DNA of 64,000 nt from Gemmatimonadota bacterium (lineage in GTDB: Bacteria > Gemmatimonadota > Gemmatimonadetes > Longimicrobiales > Gaopeijiaceae), in NCBI GenBank assembly GCA_034521595.1, contig JAXHMG010000003.1:1568001-1632000 (forward strand). Reading direction: 5' to 3'. The notes beneath the pieces were generated by a model. It was given only the letters and a program-made list of their open reading frames with translations. It was not told the origin of the DNA and ran no database searches. Shown piece after piece: positions 28,736 through 37,993 of this stretch (position 1 is the first letter of the stretch; each line of letters starts with the position of its first letter). The translations under genes were made by a program, and so were the position numbers.

Positions 28736-30196
28736 ATGGCCAAGGACGACGAAAAGCCGAAAAACACGACCACCGATGCGGGGATCCCCGTATCGAGCGA
28801 CGAGCATTCGCTCACGGTGGGACCCGATGGCCCGATTCTGCTCCACGACCACTACCTCATCGAGCAGATGGCCAACTTCAACCGGGAGCGCATCCCGGAA
28901 CGCCAGCCGCACGCCAAAGGCGCGGGCGCGTTCGGACATTTCGAGGTCACGCAGGACGTGAGCGCCTACACCAAGGCGGCCGTCTTTCAACCCGGGACGA
29001 AGACGGACACCGTGATCCGGTTCTCGTCGGTGGCCGGTGAGCGCGGAAGCCCCGACACCTGGCGGGATCCTCGAGGCTTCGCCCTCAAGTTCTACACCTC
29101 CGAGGGCAACTTCGACATGGTCGGCAACAACACGCCGGTCTTCTTCGTTCGCGATCCGCTCAAGTTCCAGCACTTCATCCGGTCGCAGAAGCGCCGCGCG
29201 GACAGCGGCCTCCGCGATCACGACATGCAGTGGGACTTCTGGACGCTGTCACCGGAATCCGCACATCAGGTCGCCTGGCTCATGGGCGACCGGGGCATCC
29301 CGAAGACGTGGCGGCACATGAACGGCTATTCGAGCCACACGTACATGTGGGTCAATGCCGACGGCGATCGCTTCTGGGTCAAGTATCACTTCAAGACCGA
29401 CCAGGGCATCGACTTCCTCACCCAGGAAGAAGCCGACCGCATCGCGGGCGAAGACGGGGACTACCACCGGCGCGACCTTTTCGAGGCCATCGAGGCGGGG
29501 AACCATCCGAGTTGGACGCTCAAGGTTCAGATCATGCCGTTCGAGGAGGCCAAGACCTACCGATTCAACCCGTTCGATCTGACCAAGGTGTGGCCGCACG
29601 CGGACTACCCGCTGCACGAGGTCGGCAGGCTGACCCTGAATCGCAACCCGACCGACTTCCACACCGAGATCGAGCAGGCGGCCTTCGAGCCGAACAACCT
29701 GGTGCCCGGCACCGGCATCAGCCCGGACAAGATGCTCTTGGGCCGGGTCTTCTCTTACGCGGACGCCCACCGCGCGCGGATGGGCGTCAACTACAAGCAG
29801 ATCCCCGTCAACAAGCCCAAATGTCCCGTACACAACTACAGCAAGGACGGGACGATGCGCGTGGAGAAAGTTTCGGATCCGGTCTACGCCCCGAACTCGA
29901 AGGGGGGGCCAGCCGCCGATCCCGACAAGCATCCCGAAATGGCGACGTGGTACGCAGACGGTGAGTTCGTGCGTGCCGCGTACACGCTTCGCGAAGACGA
30001 CGACGATTGGGGTCAGGCGGGCACGTTGGTCCGCGAGGTGATGGACGACGACGCCAGGGCACGGCTGGTCTCGAACGTGGTCGGTCACCTCTCGGACGGG
30101 GTGTCCGAGCCCGTGCTCGAGCGGGCGGTCCAGTATTGGCGGAACATCGACCAGGACGTGGGAGACCGCATCGCCAAGGGCGTGGGCAAGGGTTGA
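28736..30196 (+). CDS. katA: Monofunctional haem catalase (small subunit)
   Basis: [43 protein letters not shown]. Confidence 0.93.
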   Translation: MAKDDEKPKNTTTDAGIPVSSDEHSLTVGPDGPILLHDHYLIEQMANFNRERIPERQPHAKGAGAFGHFEVTQDVSAYTKAAVFQPGTKTDTVIRFSSVAGERGSPDTWRDPRGFALKFYTSEGNFDMVGNNTPVFFVRDPLKFQHFIRSQKRRADSGLRDHDMQWDFWTLSPESAHQVAWLMGDRGIPKTWRHMNGYSSHTYMWVNADGDRFWVKYHFKTDQGIDFLTQEEADRIAGEDGDYHRRDLFEAIEAGNHPSWTLKVQIMPFEEAKTYRFNPFDLTKVWPHADYPLHEVGRLTLNRNPTDFHTEIEQAAFEPNNLVPGTGISPDKMLLGRVFSYADAHRARMGVNYKQIPVNKPKCPVHNYSKDGTMRVEKVSDPVYAPNSKGGPAADPDKHPEMATWYADGEFVRAAYTLREDDDDWGQAGTLVREVMDDDARARLVSNVVGHLSDGVSEPVLERAVQYWRNIDQDVGDRIAKGVGKG

Positions 30197-30259
30197 GCTG
30201 AGCCTTCGGCAGACGAAACACCGAAGGGTCGGACGCCCACGCGGGAGGGCTCCAACGAC

Positions 30260-30295
30260 GAAGCCGGCCACCGGGACGTCCCGGTGGCCGGCTTC
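30260..30295. terminator. Perfect 36-nt palindrome between convergent katA and mdh; probable bidirectional terminator
   Basis: GAAGCCGGCCACCGGGAC|GTCCCGGTGGCCGGCTTC. Confidence 0.65.
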
Positions 30296-30329
30296 TCGTC
30301 ATTTCAACCGCTGAGCGGGTCGGACGCGG

Positions 30330-31268
30330 TCAGGTGATCGCTTCCAGCGCTGCCACGGTCTCACGGACATGCTCGGCGCTGGTCTCGAGCGACTTGCGCT
30401 CGTCGTCCTTCAGCTCGACCTCGACCACCTTCTTCAGGCCGCCCTCCCCGAGGAGGCAGGGCACACCGAGGTAGAGGTCCTTCATGCCGTACTCGCCCTG
30501 GAGCCAGGCGGCGCACGGGAGGATGCGGCGCTTGTCCTTCACGATCGCCTCGGCCATCTGGACGGCGGCCGCGGCCGGAGCGTAGTACGCGCTTCCGGTC
30601 TTGAGGTAGCCGACGATCTCCCCGCCACCCTTTCGGGTCCGCTCGACGAGCGCGTCGATGCGGTCCTGCGGCAGGAGCTGCGAGATCGGGATGCCGCTCA
30701 CGGACGTATAGCTCTGCAGCGGCACCATGGTGTCGCCGTGCCCCCCGAGCACGAGGGCCTGGATGTCCTCGACGCTGACATCGAGCTCCTCGGCAATGAA
30801 CGAGCGGTAACGGGCCGTGTCGAGCACGCCGGCCATCCCGATGACGCGCTCACGCGGGAAGCCGCTCGTCTCGAGCGCGACCTGCGCCATGACGTCGAGC
30901 GGGTTCGTGATCATGATGATGATCGCGTCCGGAGCGACCCGCTTGATCTCGTTGGTCACCGACTGGATGACGCCTTTGTTCGTCTTGAGCAGGTCGTCCC
31001 GGCTCATGCCCGGCTTCCGTGCGATGCCGGCCGTGACGATGAAGATCTCCGAGTCGGCGGAAAGGCTGTAGTCGTTCGCACCCTTCACCTGGGAGTCGAA
31101 TCCCTCCACGGGCGCGCTCTCCCACTGATCGAGCGCCTTGCCCTGAGGAATGCCCTCGGCGATGTCGACGAGGATCACCTCGCGCGCGAGCTCCTTGATG
31201 GCGAGGAGGTGGGCGCAGGTCGCCCCGACGTGTCCGGCTCCGACGACGGTAATCTTCTTGGTGCTCAT
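30330..31268 (-). CDS. mdh: Malate dehydrogenase (LDH-like)
   Basis: GAGHVG, TAGIARKPGMSRDDL, GMAGVLDTAR, GGHGD, GSAYYAP. Confidence 0.95.
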   Translation of the reverse strand: MSTKKITVVGAGHVGATCAHLLAIKELAREVILVDIAEGIPQGKALDQWESAPVEGFDSQVKGANDYSLSADSEIFIVTAGIARKPGMSRDDLLKTNKGVIQSVTNEIKRVAPDAIIIMITNPLDVMAQVALETSGFPRERVIGMAGVLDTARYRSFIAEELDVSVEDIQALVLGGHGDTMVPLQSYTSVSGIPISQLLPQDRIDALVERTRKGGGEIVGYLKTGSAYYAPAAAAVQMAEAIVKDKRRILPCAAWLQGEYGMKDLYLGVPCLLGEGGLKKVVEVELKDDERKSLETSAEHVRETVAALEAIT

Positions 31269-31363
31269 GGAAAGGTATCCGCTCCGCGGGTGGGTTTCAC
31301 TGGATTCGAACGGGTGGTCGTTCGGCGGGAGATCCGGAGTGTACGAAACCCGCCGGCCGAGGT

Positions 31364-32344
31364 CTACCCGCCGGTCTGCGAAAGTGCCACGAGCCCGCCG
31401 GAGCCCACGTCGCTGCCCTGCACGAGCTGGTGTCGCTCGGGCTTGGTACGGAGCGTCTCCTCGATGTGCGGCCGGATGTCCTCGCCCGCCCGGAGCGGAT
31501 CACGCAGGTTCGTCTGGAGCGAGCCGAAGAGGCAGGGACGGAGCTGACCGTCGGCCGTGAGCCGCATGCGGTTGCAGCGGTCGCAGTAGTTGTGGCTCAT
31601 GGGGGTGATCACCCCGACCGTGCCGGGCGCCCCGGGGAAGCGGTGGTAGCGCGCCGGACCGTTGCCGAAGGGGCCTTCCACCGGCTCGAGCGCGTCGATC
31701 GACCGCACGCGTCGAAGCGCCTCCGCACAGGAGACGAAGCCGCCTTCGTTGAGCTCGAGGTTCGAGCCCGTGGGCATCATCTCGATGAAGCGCACGTGCC
31801 AGGGACGCTCCCGCGTGATCTCGGCGAAATCCTCGATCTCGTCGTCGTTCTGGCCCCGGATGAGCACGACGTTGAGCTTGATGGGCGCGAAGCCCGCCTC
31901 CTCGGCCGCCCGAAGCCCCTCCATGATCTTCGGGTACGACCCTGGCCGACGCGCGATCGCGTCGACCCGCTCGGGCTGGAGCGAATCGAGCGACACGTTC
32001 AGGCGCTGCACCCCGGCGGCCCGCAGCGCGTCGGCGTGCTCGGCGAGGAGCACTGCATTGGTCGACAACGAGAGGTCCTCGATCTCGGGCACGGCCGAGA
32101 TCATACCGGCGAGCTCGGGCAGATCCCGTCGCACCAGCGGCTCCCCACCGGTGATGCGCACGCGCTTCAAGCCCATTCCGGCCATGACGCGCACGATGCG
32201 CTCGATCTCCTCGTAGGTGAGCAGCGCCTCGCGCTTCAACCACGGAAGCCCCTCCATCGGCATGCAGTAGACGCACCGAAGGTTGCACTTGTCGGTCACC
32301 GAGATTCGGAGGTACTCGATGCGTCGTCCGAACTGATCGATCAT
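31364..32344 (-). CDS. moaA: GTP 3',8-cyclase
   Basis: YLRISVTDKCNLRCVYCMP, CDRCNRMRLTADG..PCL, C-terminal GG. Confidence 0.95.
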   Translation of the reverse strand: MIDQFGRRIEYLRISVTDKCNLRCVYCMPMEGLPWLKREALLTYEEIERIVRVMAGMGLKRVRITGGEPLVRRDLPELAGMISAVPEIEDLSLSTNAVLLAEHADALRAAGVQRLNVSLDSLQPERVDAIARRPGSYPKIMEGLRAAEEAGFAPIKLNVVLIRGQNDDEIEDFAEITRERPWHVRFIEMMPTGSNLELNEGGFVSCAEALRRVRSIDALEPVEGPFGNGPARYHRFPGAPGTVGVITPMSHNYCDRCNRMRLTADGQLRPCLFGSLQTNLRDPLRAGEDIRPHIEETLRTKPERHQLVQGSDVGSGGLVALSQTGG

Positions 32345-32803
32345 GAGAGTCCCTCGCTCGCGGCGGCCGGTCCGGTCCCCGGGGGAACGGTGCCCTCCAC
32401 CCAGGCGGCATCACCGCCGGTGTAGTGCTCTTTCTTCCAGATCGGGAGGCGCTTCTTGATCTCTTCGATGACGTAGCGGGACGCGTCGTACGCCTCGGCC
32501 CGGTGCGGGCTCGAGACCGCGACGGCGACACTGACCTCGCCGACGTCGAGATCTCCCGTCCGGTGGACGACCGACAGCCGGTCGGTCTCCAGTCGAGCCG
32601 CGGCCTCCTCCGGCGATCTCTCGCAGAATCGAGTTCGCCATGGTTTCGTACGCGTCGTAGTACATCCCTTCCACCGAGTGGCCATCGGCGTGGTCGCGCA
32701 CGACGCCGAGGAATAGGAGCACCGCCCCGTCCTCGTCGGAGCCCACCTCCGCGAGGACGGACTCCGGCACGATCGGCTCGGATTGGATCGACACGCGGAT
32801 CAC
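32341..32803 (-). pseudogene. moaE: Molybdopterin synthase catalytic subunit with a frameshift near 32611
   Basis: N-half (GAVLLFLGVVRD...YETMA) and C-half (HRTGDL..SSPHRAEA..PIWKKE) lie in different frames. Confidence 0.8.
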
Positions 32804-32806
32804 GGC

Positions 32807-33058
32807 TCAGCCTCCCGCGACCGGCGGAATGAAGGCCACTTCGTCCCCCGTGGCGAGTGCTTCGCTCGCGGCCGCATAGGCCTGGTTCACGGCGACGGCG
32901 GGCTCGGGCGGAAGCGCATCGAACGGCGCCCCTCTTGCCCGAAGGTCCCTTACCAGATCCGCGACGGTCGCCCCCCCGTCCAACTCGACCGTGAGCTCCG
33001 GGGTGCCGAGCAAATCCCGGTAGGCGGCGAAGAAGAGGGCTCGAACGGAGACGGACAT
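32807..33058 (-). CDS. moaD: Molybdopterin synthase sulfur carrier
   Basis: LFFAAYRD, AVNQAY, C-terminal IPPVAGG. Confidence 0.9.
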   Translation of the reverse strand: MSVSVRALFFAAYRDLLGTPELTVELDGGATVADLVRDLRARGAPFDALPPEPAVAVNQAYAAASEALATGDEVAFIPPVAGG

Positions 33059-33183
33059 GGATCGCCGAATGATCAGGGGGCAGGAACCGGTTTCACAGTG
33101 CAGGACCCCCACGCGCGGGTCAACGTTCCATTGGCCTCACTGGTCCTGACATCCGTCCGCCTCCCGGAGCCGTAGATCGGCGG

Positions 33184-33750
33184 CTAGCCGGCGCCGGGCC
33201 GTCCGCCGTCCCGTGGAGACCTTCGCCCGTCCTCGTCACGATTCGGCCCCCGCCCCCAGGCCTCGTCTCCGTGCCCGCCCTGACGCAACTCTCGGATCCG
33301 GCGTCCCAGCTCGATTCGGATCCGATAGAACTCGAGGACCTGGGTGGCCGTGAGCATCTCCCGGAGTCGTGCCTGCTCCTCCCGAAACAGCTCCGCTTCT
33401 TCGGCTTGCAGGGCCACGATGCGGTCGAGGACGGCGGCCGCTTCGGAGTCGTTCCCCTCGCCTTCCTCCAAGAGCGCCTTGGCCCGCTCCCGGGCTTCTC
33501 GTTGCCGGGACATGATAACGCGTCGCCGTCGCTCGAATTCCCGGGCCACCTCCGAAAGGCGCTCTTCTTCCGCCTCGCTCAGGCCGAGTCGATGGCGAAT
33601 GATCTCGCCCACGTGGGCACGGATCCGCTCCTCGAGCCGCGCACGGTCTTCTTCGGACCTCGAGTCCCGGGGACGCTGGGCGTCGAGCGGAGCGGTCGAG
33701 AGCGCGACGGCGGCGAGGGCGACGACGGTCCAGATGCGGTGCAGCCGCAT
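33184..33750 (-). CDS. Exported helical protein, Spy/CpxP-like
   Basis: Signal peptide; LGLSEAE and LTATQ motifs; coiled-coil composition; third gene of an ECF triad. Confidence 0.6.
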   Translation of the reverse strand: MRLHRIWTVVALAAVALSTAPLDAQRPRDSRSEEDRARLEERIRAHVGEIIRHRLGLSEAEEERLSEVAREFERRRRVIMSRQREARERAKALLEEGEGNDSEAAAVLDRIVALQAEEAELFREEQARLREMLTATQVLEFYRIRIELGRRIRELRQGGHGDEAWGRGPNRDEDGRRSPRDGGRPGAG

Positions 33751-33753
33751 GGC

Positions 33754-34221
33754 TCAGGCTCCTCCCGGGTTGTCCGAGAGGTCCTCGAGCAGGCGCCCCA
33801 AGGCTTCGTCCGACAGGTCGTCGAACACGGGGCCACCCGCGACGAGACCGTCCGCGGAGGCCCACGGCCAGTTCTCTTCGGCCTCGATGGCGAACGCCGG
33901 GGCGACGACTTCCCCCGCCGGCTCGGACGAGACGGCGATGCCGAGCATGAGGGCCGCCACCGCCGCTGCGGTGAGCGCCCACCACGGACGCTGAACCGCC
34001 TGCCGCTCGTAGCGCACGACCTGCTCGAGCCTGGTTGCGAGCGCGGTGCTGGGCTCGGGGCGGGTGCGCCGGAGCTCACGGATCAGCACGAGCTCGGCGG
34101 CGCACGACTCGCACTCCGCCGTGTGGCGCTCGACGAACCGACGGGTTTCGTGGGCCGCCCCGTCCGTGCCCACGACATCGGGAAGCATGTCTCTCACCGC
34201 ACCACAGTCGCTCCGATTCAT
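33754..34221 (-). CDS. Zinc-finger (HC2) anti-sigma factor
   Basis: C..VRDMLP...HTAECESC, followed by a TM helix. Confidence 0.8.
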   Translation of the reverse strand: MNRSDCGAVRDMLPDVVGTDGAAHETRRFVERHTAECESCAAELVLIRELRRTRPEPSTALATRLEQVVRYERQAVQRPWWALTAAAVAALMLGIAVSSEPAGEVVAPAFAIEAEENWPWASADGLVAGGPVFDDLSDEALGRLLEDLSDNPGGA

Positions 34222-34775
34222 TCCATCAACTCCCTGAGACGGCGTATGCCGTGGAAGTAGTTCACCCGGGCCGCACCCTCGGACGAGTCCGTGACCTCCC
34301 CGATCTCACGGAAGCTCAGCCCCTCTTCCGTCCGCAGGCTAACCGAGAGTCTCTGCTTCTCCGGAAGGAGACGGAGCAGCGCTCTCGCACGCTCGGCTTC
34401 GCCCGCCATTACCGCCGTCGCCGCCGGATCGGGTCCCGTGCCCGCCACGTCCGGAGCATCCTCCAATCGGGCTTCACCACGGCGCCCGATCCGGCGCAAC
34501 GTTCCCTTCGCCTCGTTGGCCGTGATCCTGAGGAGCCACGTTCGGAACGAGGCGTCGCCACGGAACCGGTCGAGGGCACGAAACGCCTTCACGAAGGCTT
34601 CCTGGACCACATCTTCGGCCGCGTCCCGATCCCCCATGTACGAAACCGCCAACCGGTAGGCTCCGGCCTGATGGCGTCGCACGAGAGAACCGAGCGCTCC
34701 GTCGTCACCCTTTCGTGCACGCTTCACCAACTCCGCGTCGGGGACCTCACCATCGCCTCGTCCTTCCTCACTCAC
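34218..34775 (-). CDS. ECF sigma-70 factor
   Basis: DAAEDVVQEAF, FRTWLLRI, LPEKQR, EGLSFREI. Confidence 0.9.
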   Translation of the reverse strand: MSEEGRGDGEVPDAELVKRARKGDDGALGSLVRRHQAGAYRLAVSYMGDRDAAEDVVQEAFVKAFRALDRFRGDASFRTWLLRITANEAKGTLRRIGRRGEARLEDAPDVAGTGPDPAATAVMAGEAERARALLRLLPEKQRLSVSLRTEEGLSFREIGEVTDSSEGAARVNYFHGIRRLRELME

Positions 34776-34866
34776 CGATATTCAGACGCCCGAGAAGGTG
34801 GATCCGTTAGGCGCGAGGGTGCGGTAGTAAAGCGGGTCGCCCGTATCAGCGGTCTAACACGAGGTC

Positions 34867-35166
34867 TTAGAGCTTGTGCTTGTCGAGCTTCTCCACCCGA
34901 GCACGGAGGTGCTTGGAGGGCTTGAACACCGGCACCGACCGCGAGGGGACCTCGACGGATTCTCCGGTCCGGGGATTACGGGCCATGCGGGTCTTGCGCT
35001 TACGCACCTTGAAGGTCCCGAAGCCACGAATCTCGATGTGCTCGCCATCGGCGAGCGCGAGCTTCACCGCGTTGAGGAAGCCATCGACGACGAGCGCGCA
35101 GTCCTTCTTGGTGATCCCGGGACCGATCGCTTCGGCCACCTGTTCGACCAGGTCCGCCTTGGTCAT
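34867..35166 (-). CDS. HU/IHF DNA-binding protein
   Basis: MTKADLV, IRGFGTF, ARNPRTGE, FKPSK. Confidence 0.93.
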   Translation of the reverse strand: MTKADLVEQVAEAIGPGITKKDCALVVDGFLNAVKLALADGEHIEIRGFGTFKVRKRKTRMARNPRTGESVEVPSRSVPVFKPSKHLRARVEKLDKHKL

Positions 35167-35293
35167 GCTCCCTCCAGAGCGCTTTCTGAATCACTGCGAA
35201 CGGCCGCCCGAAGTTCGGACGGCCGTGGCAGGGTAACGGGGGGGCTGGACCTTGGCAAGACTGCGGGAGTCGTTGCGCCGTAGGAACTTGCGC

Positions 35294-36424
35294 TCATGCC
35301 AAAGTCTTCCCCGAACCCGTGGCTCGACCCTCCATCGACGAAATGAAGCGATCGAAGAGGTATCGGCTGTCGTGGGGGCCGGGCGCGGCTTCCGGATGGT
35401 ACTGAACCGCGAACACCGGAAGCTCGGTATGCTCCACGCCCTCGACGGTCCCGTCGTACAGGTTCACGTGGGTCAACCGCAAGCCCTCGGCGCCGGGGAT
35501 TCGGCCTTCGTCGTCGGCCCGGACCGCGAAGCCGTGGTTCTGCGAGGTGATCTCGACGGTGCCCCGAGCGAGATTCTTGACCGGATGATTCCCTCCATGG
35601 TGCCCGAACGGAAGCTTATACGTCTCCGCGCCGAACACCCGACTGATGAGCTGGTGGCCCAAGCAGATACCGAAGACGGGAACGCCCGCTTCCGAGAGGG
35701 CCAGGATCGCCTGGTCGGCGACACCCACGGCCGCCGGATCGCCCGGGCCGTTCGAGATGAACAGGCCATCGGGCTCGGCCGCGCGCACGTCGTCCAACGG
35801 CGTCTCCGCCGGGATCACCGTGACACGACAACCACGTTCCGCGAGGAGCTTCGGAGAGTGGGCCTTCACACCGAAATCGTAGGCCACCACGTGGAATCGC
35901 TCGGGGCCCACGGCCGGTACCTCGTACGGAGCCCCCGTGGACACACCGCACGCCAACTCGAGCCCTTCCATCACGGGATGCGCGCGGACTCGATCCAGCA
36001 GCTCGGCTTCGTCCACGGCGGCACCGGCAATGGCACCCCGCATCGCGCCGTGCGAGCGGATATGACGAGTCAGCGCTCGCGTGTCGATATCCGCGATCCC
36101 GGTCACGCCGTGTTCTTCCAGGTACGCACCGATCGCGCCCTCCGAGCGCCACGAGGAGTCCACGCGTGACGCGTCGCGGACGATGAAACCGGCCACGCTG
36201 GGCGTCTCCGATTCCCGATCCTCCGCATTCACCCCGTAGTTCCCGATCATGGGGTAGGTCATCGTCACGAGCTGTCCGGTATAGGACGGGTCCGTGAGGA
36301 TTTCCTGATATCCGGTCATGCACGTGTTGAAGACGACTTCTCCGACGGCGGTCTTCGTCGCGCCCACGGCCACCCCGTCGAAGCGACGTCCATCTTCCAA
36401 CAGCAAGTAGGCGGGCGATTCCAC
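35294..36424 (-). CDS. carA: Carbamoyl-phosphate synthase small subunit
   Basis: GEVVFNT.MTGYQE.LTDPSY, SNGPGDP, GICLGHQ, QYHPEAAPGPHD; TTGACC-16-TAGGTT promoter upstream. Confidence 0.95.
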   Translation of the reverse strand: MESPAYLLLEDGRRFDGVAVGATKTAVGEVVFNTCMTGYQEILTDPSYTGQLVTMTYPMIGNYGVNAEDRESETPSVAGFIVRDASRVDSSWRSEGAIGAYLEEHGVTGIADIDTRALTRHIRSHGAMRGAIAGAAVDEAELLDRVRAHPVMEGLELACGVSTGAPYEVPAVGPERFHVVAYDFGVKAHSPKLLAERGCRVTVIPAETPLDDVRAAEPDGLFISNGPGDPAAVGVADQAILALSEAGVPVFGICLGHQLISRVFGAETYKLPFGHHGGNHPVKNLARGTVEITSQNHGFAVRADDEGRIPGAEGLRLTHVNLYDGTVEGVEHTELPVFAVQYHPEAAPGPHDSRYLFDRFISSMEGRATGSGKTLA

Positions 36425-36616
36425 TGGAGACTCCGGTATGGGCGGGAAACGTCGGGTCGCGGGAAACCTACCCACGCCCCGACCGCGGTCAAGCGGCGCG
36501 ATCGCGCGGCGTGGCCCGGGAGCGAGGCGCACGGGGCCGTGGCATGTGGAAAGCGCCTGACTACATTTCCGCCCGACCGCCACCGACCTCTTGCACTTTT
36601 TCGCTGCGACGACGCA

Positions 36617-37192
36617 TTGGATACTCTGTACGTACACGCCGACGAGTCATGCCTCGGAAACCAGTTCCGAGAGCGCGCGAATCCGGGCGGCGCGGGAGGA
36701 CTGGTGGAGATCTGGCGGGACGGCGCCTGGGAGCGGCGGGACTATTGGCTCTCCGAGCCCGACACGACGAACAACCGTATGGCGATCCGGAGCGCCATCG
36801 AGCTGCTCGGGGCACTCCGCCGTCCCTGCACCGTGGAGTTCGTCTCGGACAGCCAGTATCTGGTGAAAGGGATCCGGGAGTGGCTTCCGGGCTGGAAACG
36901 CCGCGGGTGGAAGCGCAAGAAAGGCCCGATCGAGAACCTCGCGCTGTGGCAGGAGCTCGACGGGCTCCTTCAACGTCACCGAGTCCGGGCCAAGTGGGTG
37001 CGCGGTCACGCGGGTCATCCCGAGAACGAATACGCGAATTTTCTCGCGACCACGGCGGCCGAGGAGCTCAGCGCCAGCGGGGGACTCGTGCCTTCGGGGT
37101 TTCAGGAGTGGCTCGACGAGGAGCGAGAACGGGGACGGTACCTGGACTACATGGAGTTCACGCCCCCCGCCGAACGCTACGGCGAATCCTGA
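36617..37192 (+). CDS. rnhA: Ribonuclease HI
   Basis: ADESCLGN, TTNNRM, DSQYLVKG, WVRGHAGHPENE; start approximate. Confidence 0.88.
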   Translation: MDTLYVHADESCLGNQFRERANPGGAGGLVEIWRDGAWERRDYWLSEPDTTNNRMAIRSAIELLGALRRPCTVEFVSDSQYLVKGIREWLPGWKRRGWKRKKGPIENLALWQELDGLLQRHRVRAKWVRGHAGHPENEYANFLATTAAEELSASGGLVPSGFQEWLDEERERGRYLDYMEFTPPAERYGES

Positions 37193-37884
37193 CCTTCGGG
37201 GCGTTCGGCCAGTCGCAGCTCGTCGGTGCGGATGTCGTGGCCGAAATGGCGCGCGAACACGGACACGAGGTGCTCGGCCGCTTCCTCCACCGTCACGTCA
37301 CGGCCTAGCTCACGCGCGAGCGAGGTGACGTCGCGGTCGGCGATGCCGCAGGGCACGATCGTGCCGAAGTACGACAGGTCCGTCGCGACGTTGAGTGCGA
37401 GTCCGTGCGAGGTGATCCAGCCGGAAGAAACCCGTACCCCGATCGCCGCGATCTTGCCCCCCGCCGTCCAAACGCCCGTCTGCCCTTCACTCCGCTCGGC
37501 CGCGACCCCGAACCGCTCGACGACCTCCATCACGACCGCCTCCAAGTCGCGGAGGTAGGCGTGCAAGTCCTTGCGATCGGGCTTGAGGTCGAGGATCGGA
37601 TAGGCCACGAGCTGACCGGGACCGTGGTAGGTGACGTCGCCGCCCCGTCCCGTCTCGAACAGCTCGATACCCCGCCGCTCCCGCTCTTCGGGATCCAGCA
37701 ACACGTGCCCCGCGTTCGCGCCCGAGCCCAGGGTGATGACGTGCGGGTGCTCGACGAGCAGAAGCGTGTCCGGAATGCGGCCGGCGCGACGGGCCTGCAC
37801 CGCTTCGGCTTGGACCTCCAGAGCTTCTGCGTACCCGAGCGTGCCCAGCCTCCGCACCACGAGCTCACGCACGTCATGCGTCAC
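37177..37884 (-). CDS. lipB: Octanoyltransferase
   Basis: EHPHVITLG, RGGDVTYHGPGQLVAY, KIAAIG, HGLALN, IVPCGI. Confidence 0.94.
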   Translation of the reverse strand: MTHDVRELVVRRLGTLGYAEALEVQAEAVQARRAGRIPDTLLLVEHPHVITLGSGANAGHVLLDPEERERRGIELFETGRGGDVTYHGPGQLVAYPILDLKPDRKDLHAYLRDLEAVVMEVVERFGVAAERSEGQTGVWTAGGKIAAIGVRVSSGWITSHGLALNVATDLSYFGTIVPCGIADRDVTSLARELGRDVTVEEAAEHLVSVFARHFGHDIRTDELRLAERPEGQDSP

Positions 37885-37993
37885 GGTAGTCCCGTCCCCA
37901 TTCCCGGAAGCGCACGAGCCACGACGGCGAAACCCCCGAAGCCGCGGGGACTTCGGGGGCTCGACCGTGGGCCCTTCAGTTCTTTCCTACCGG

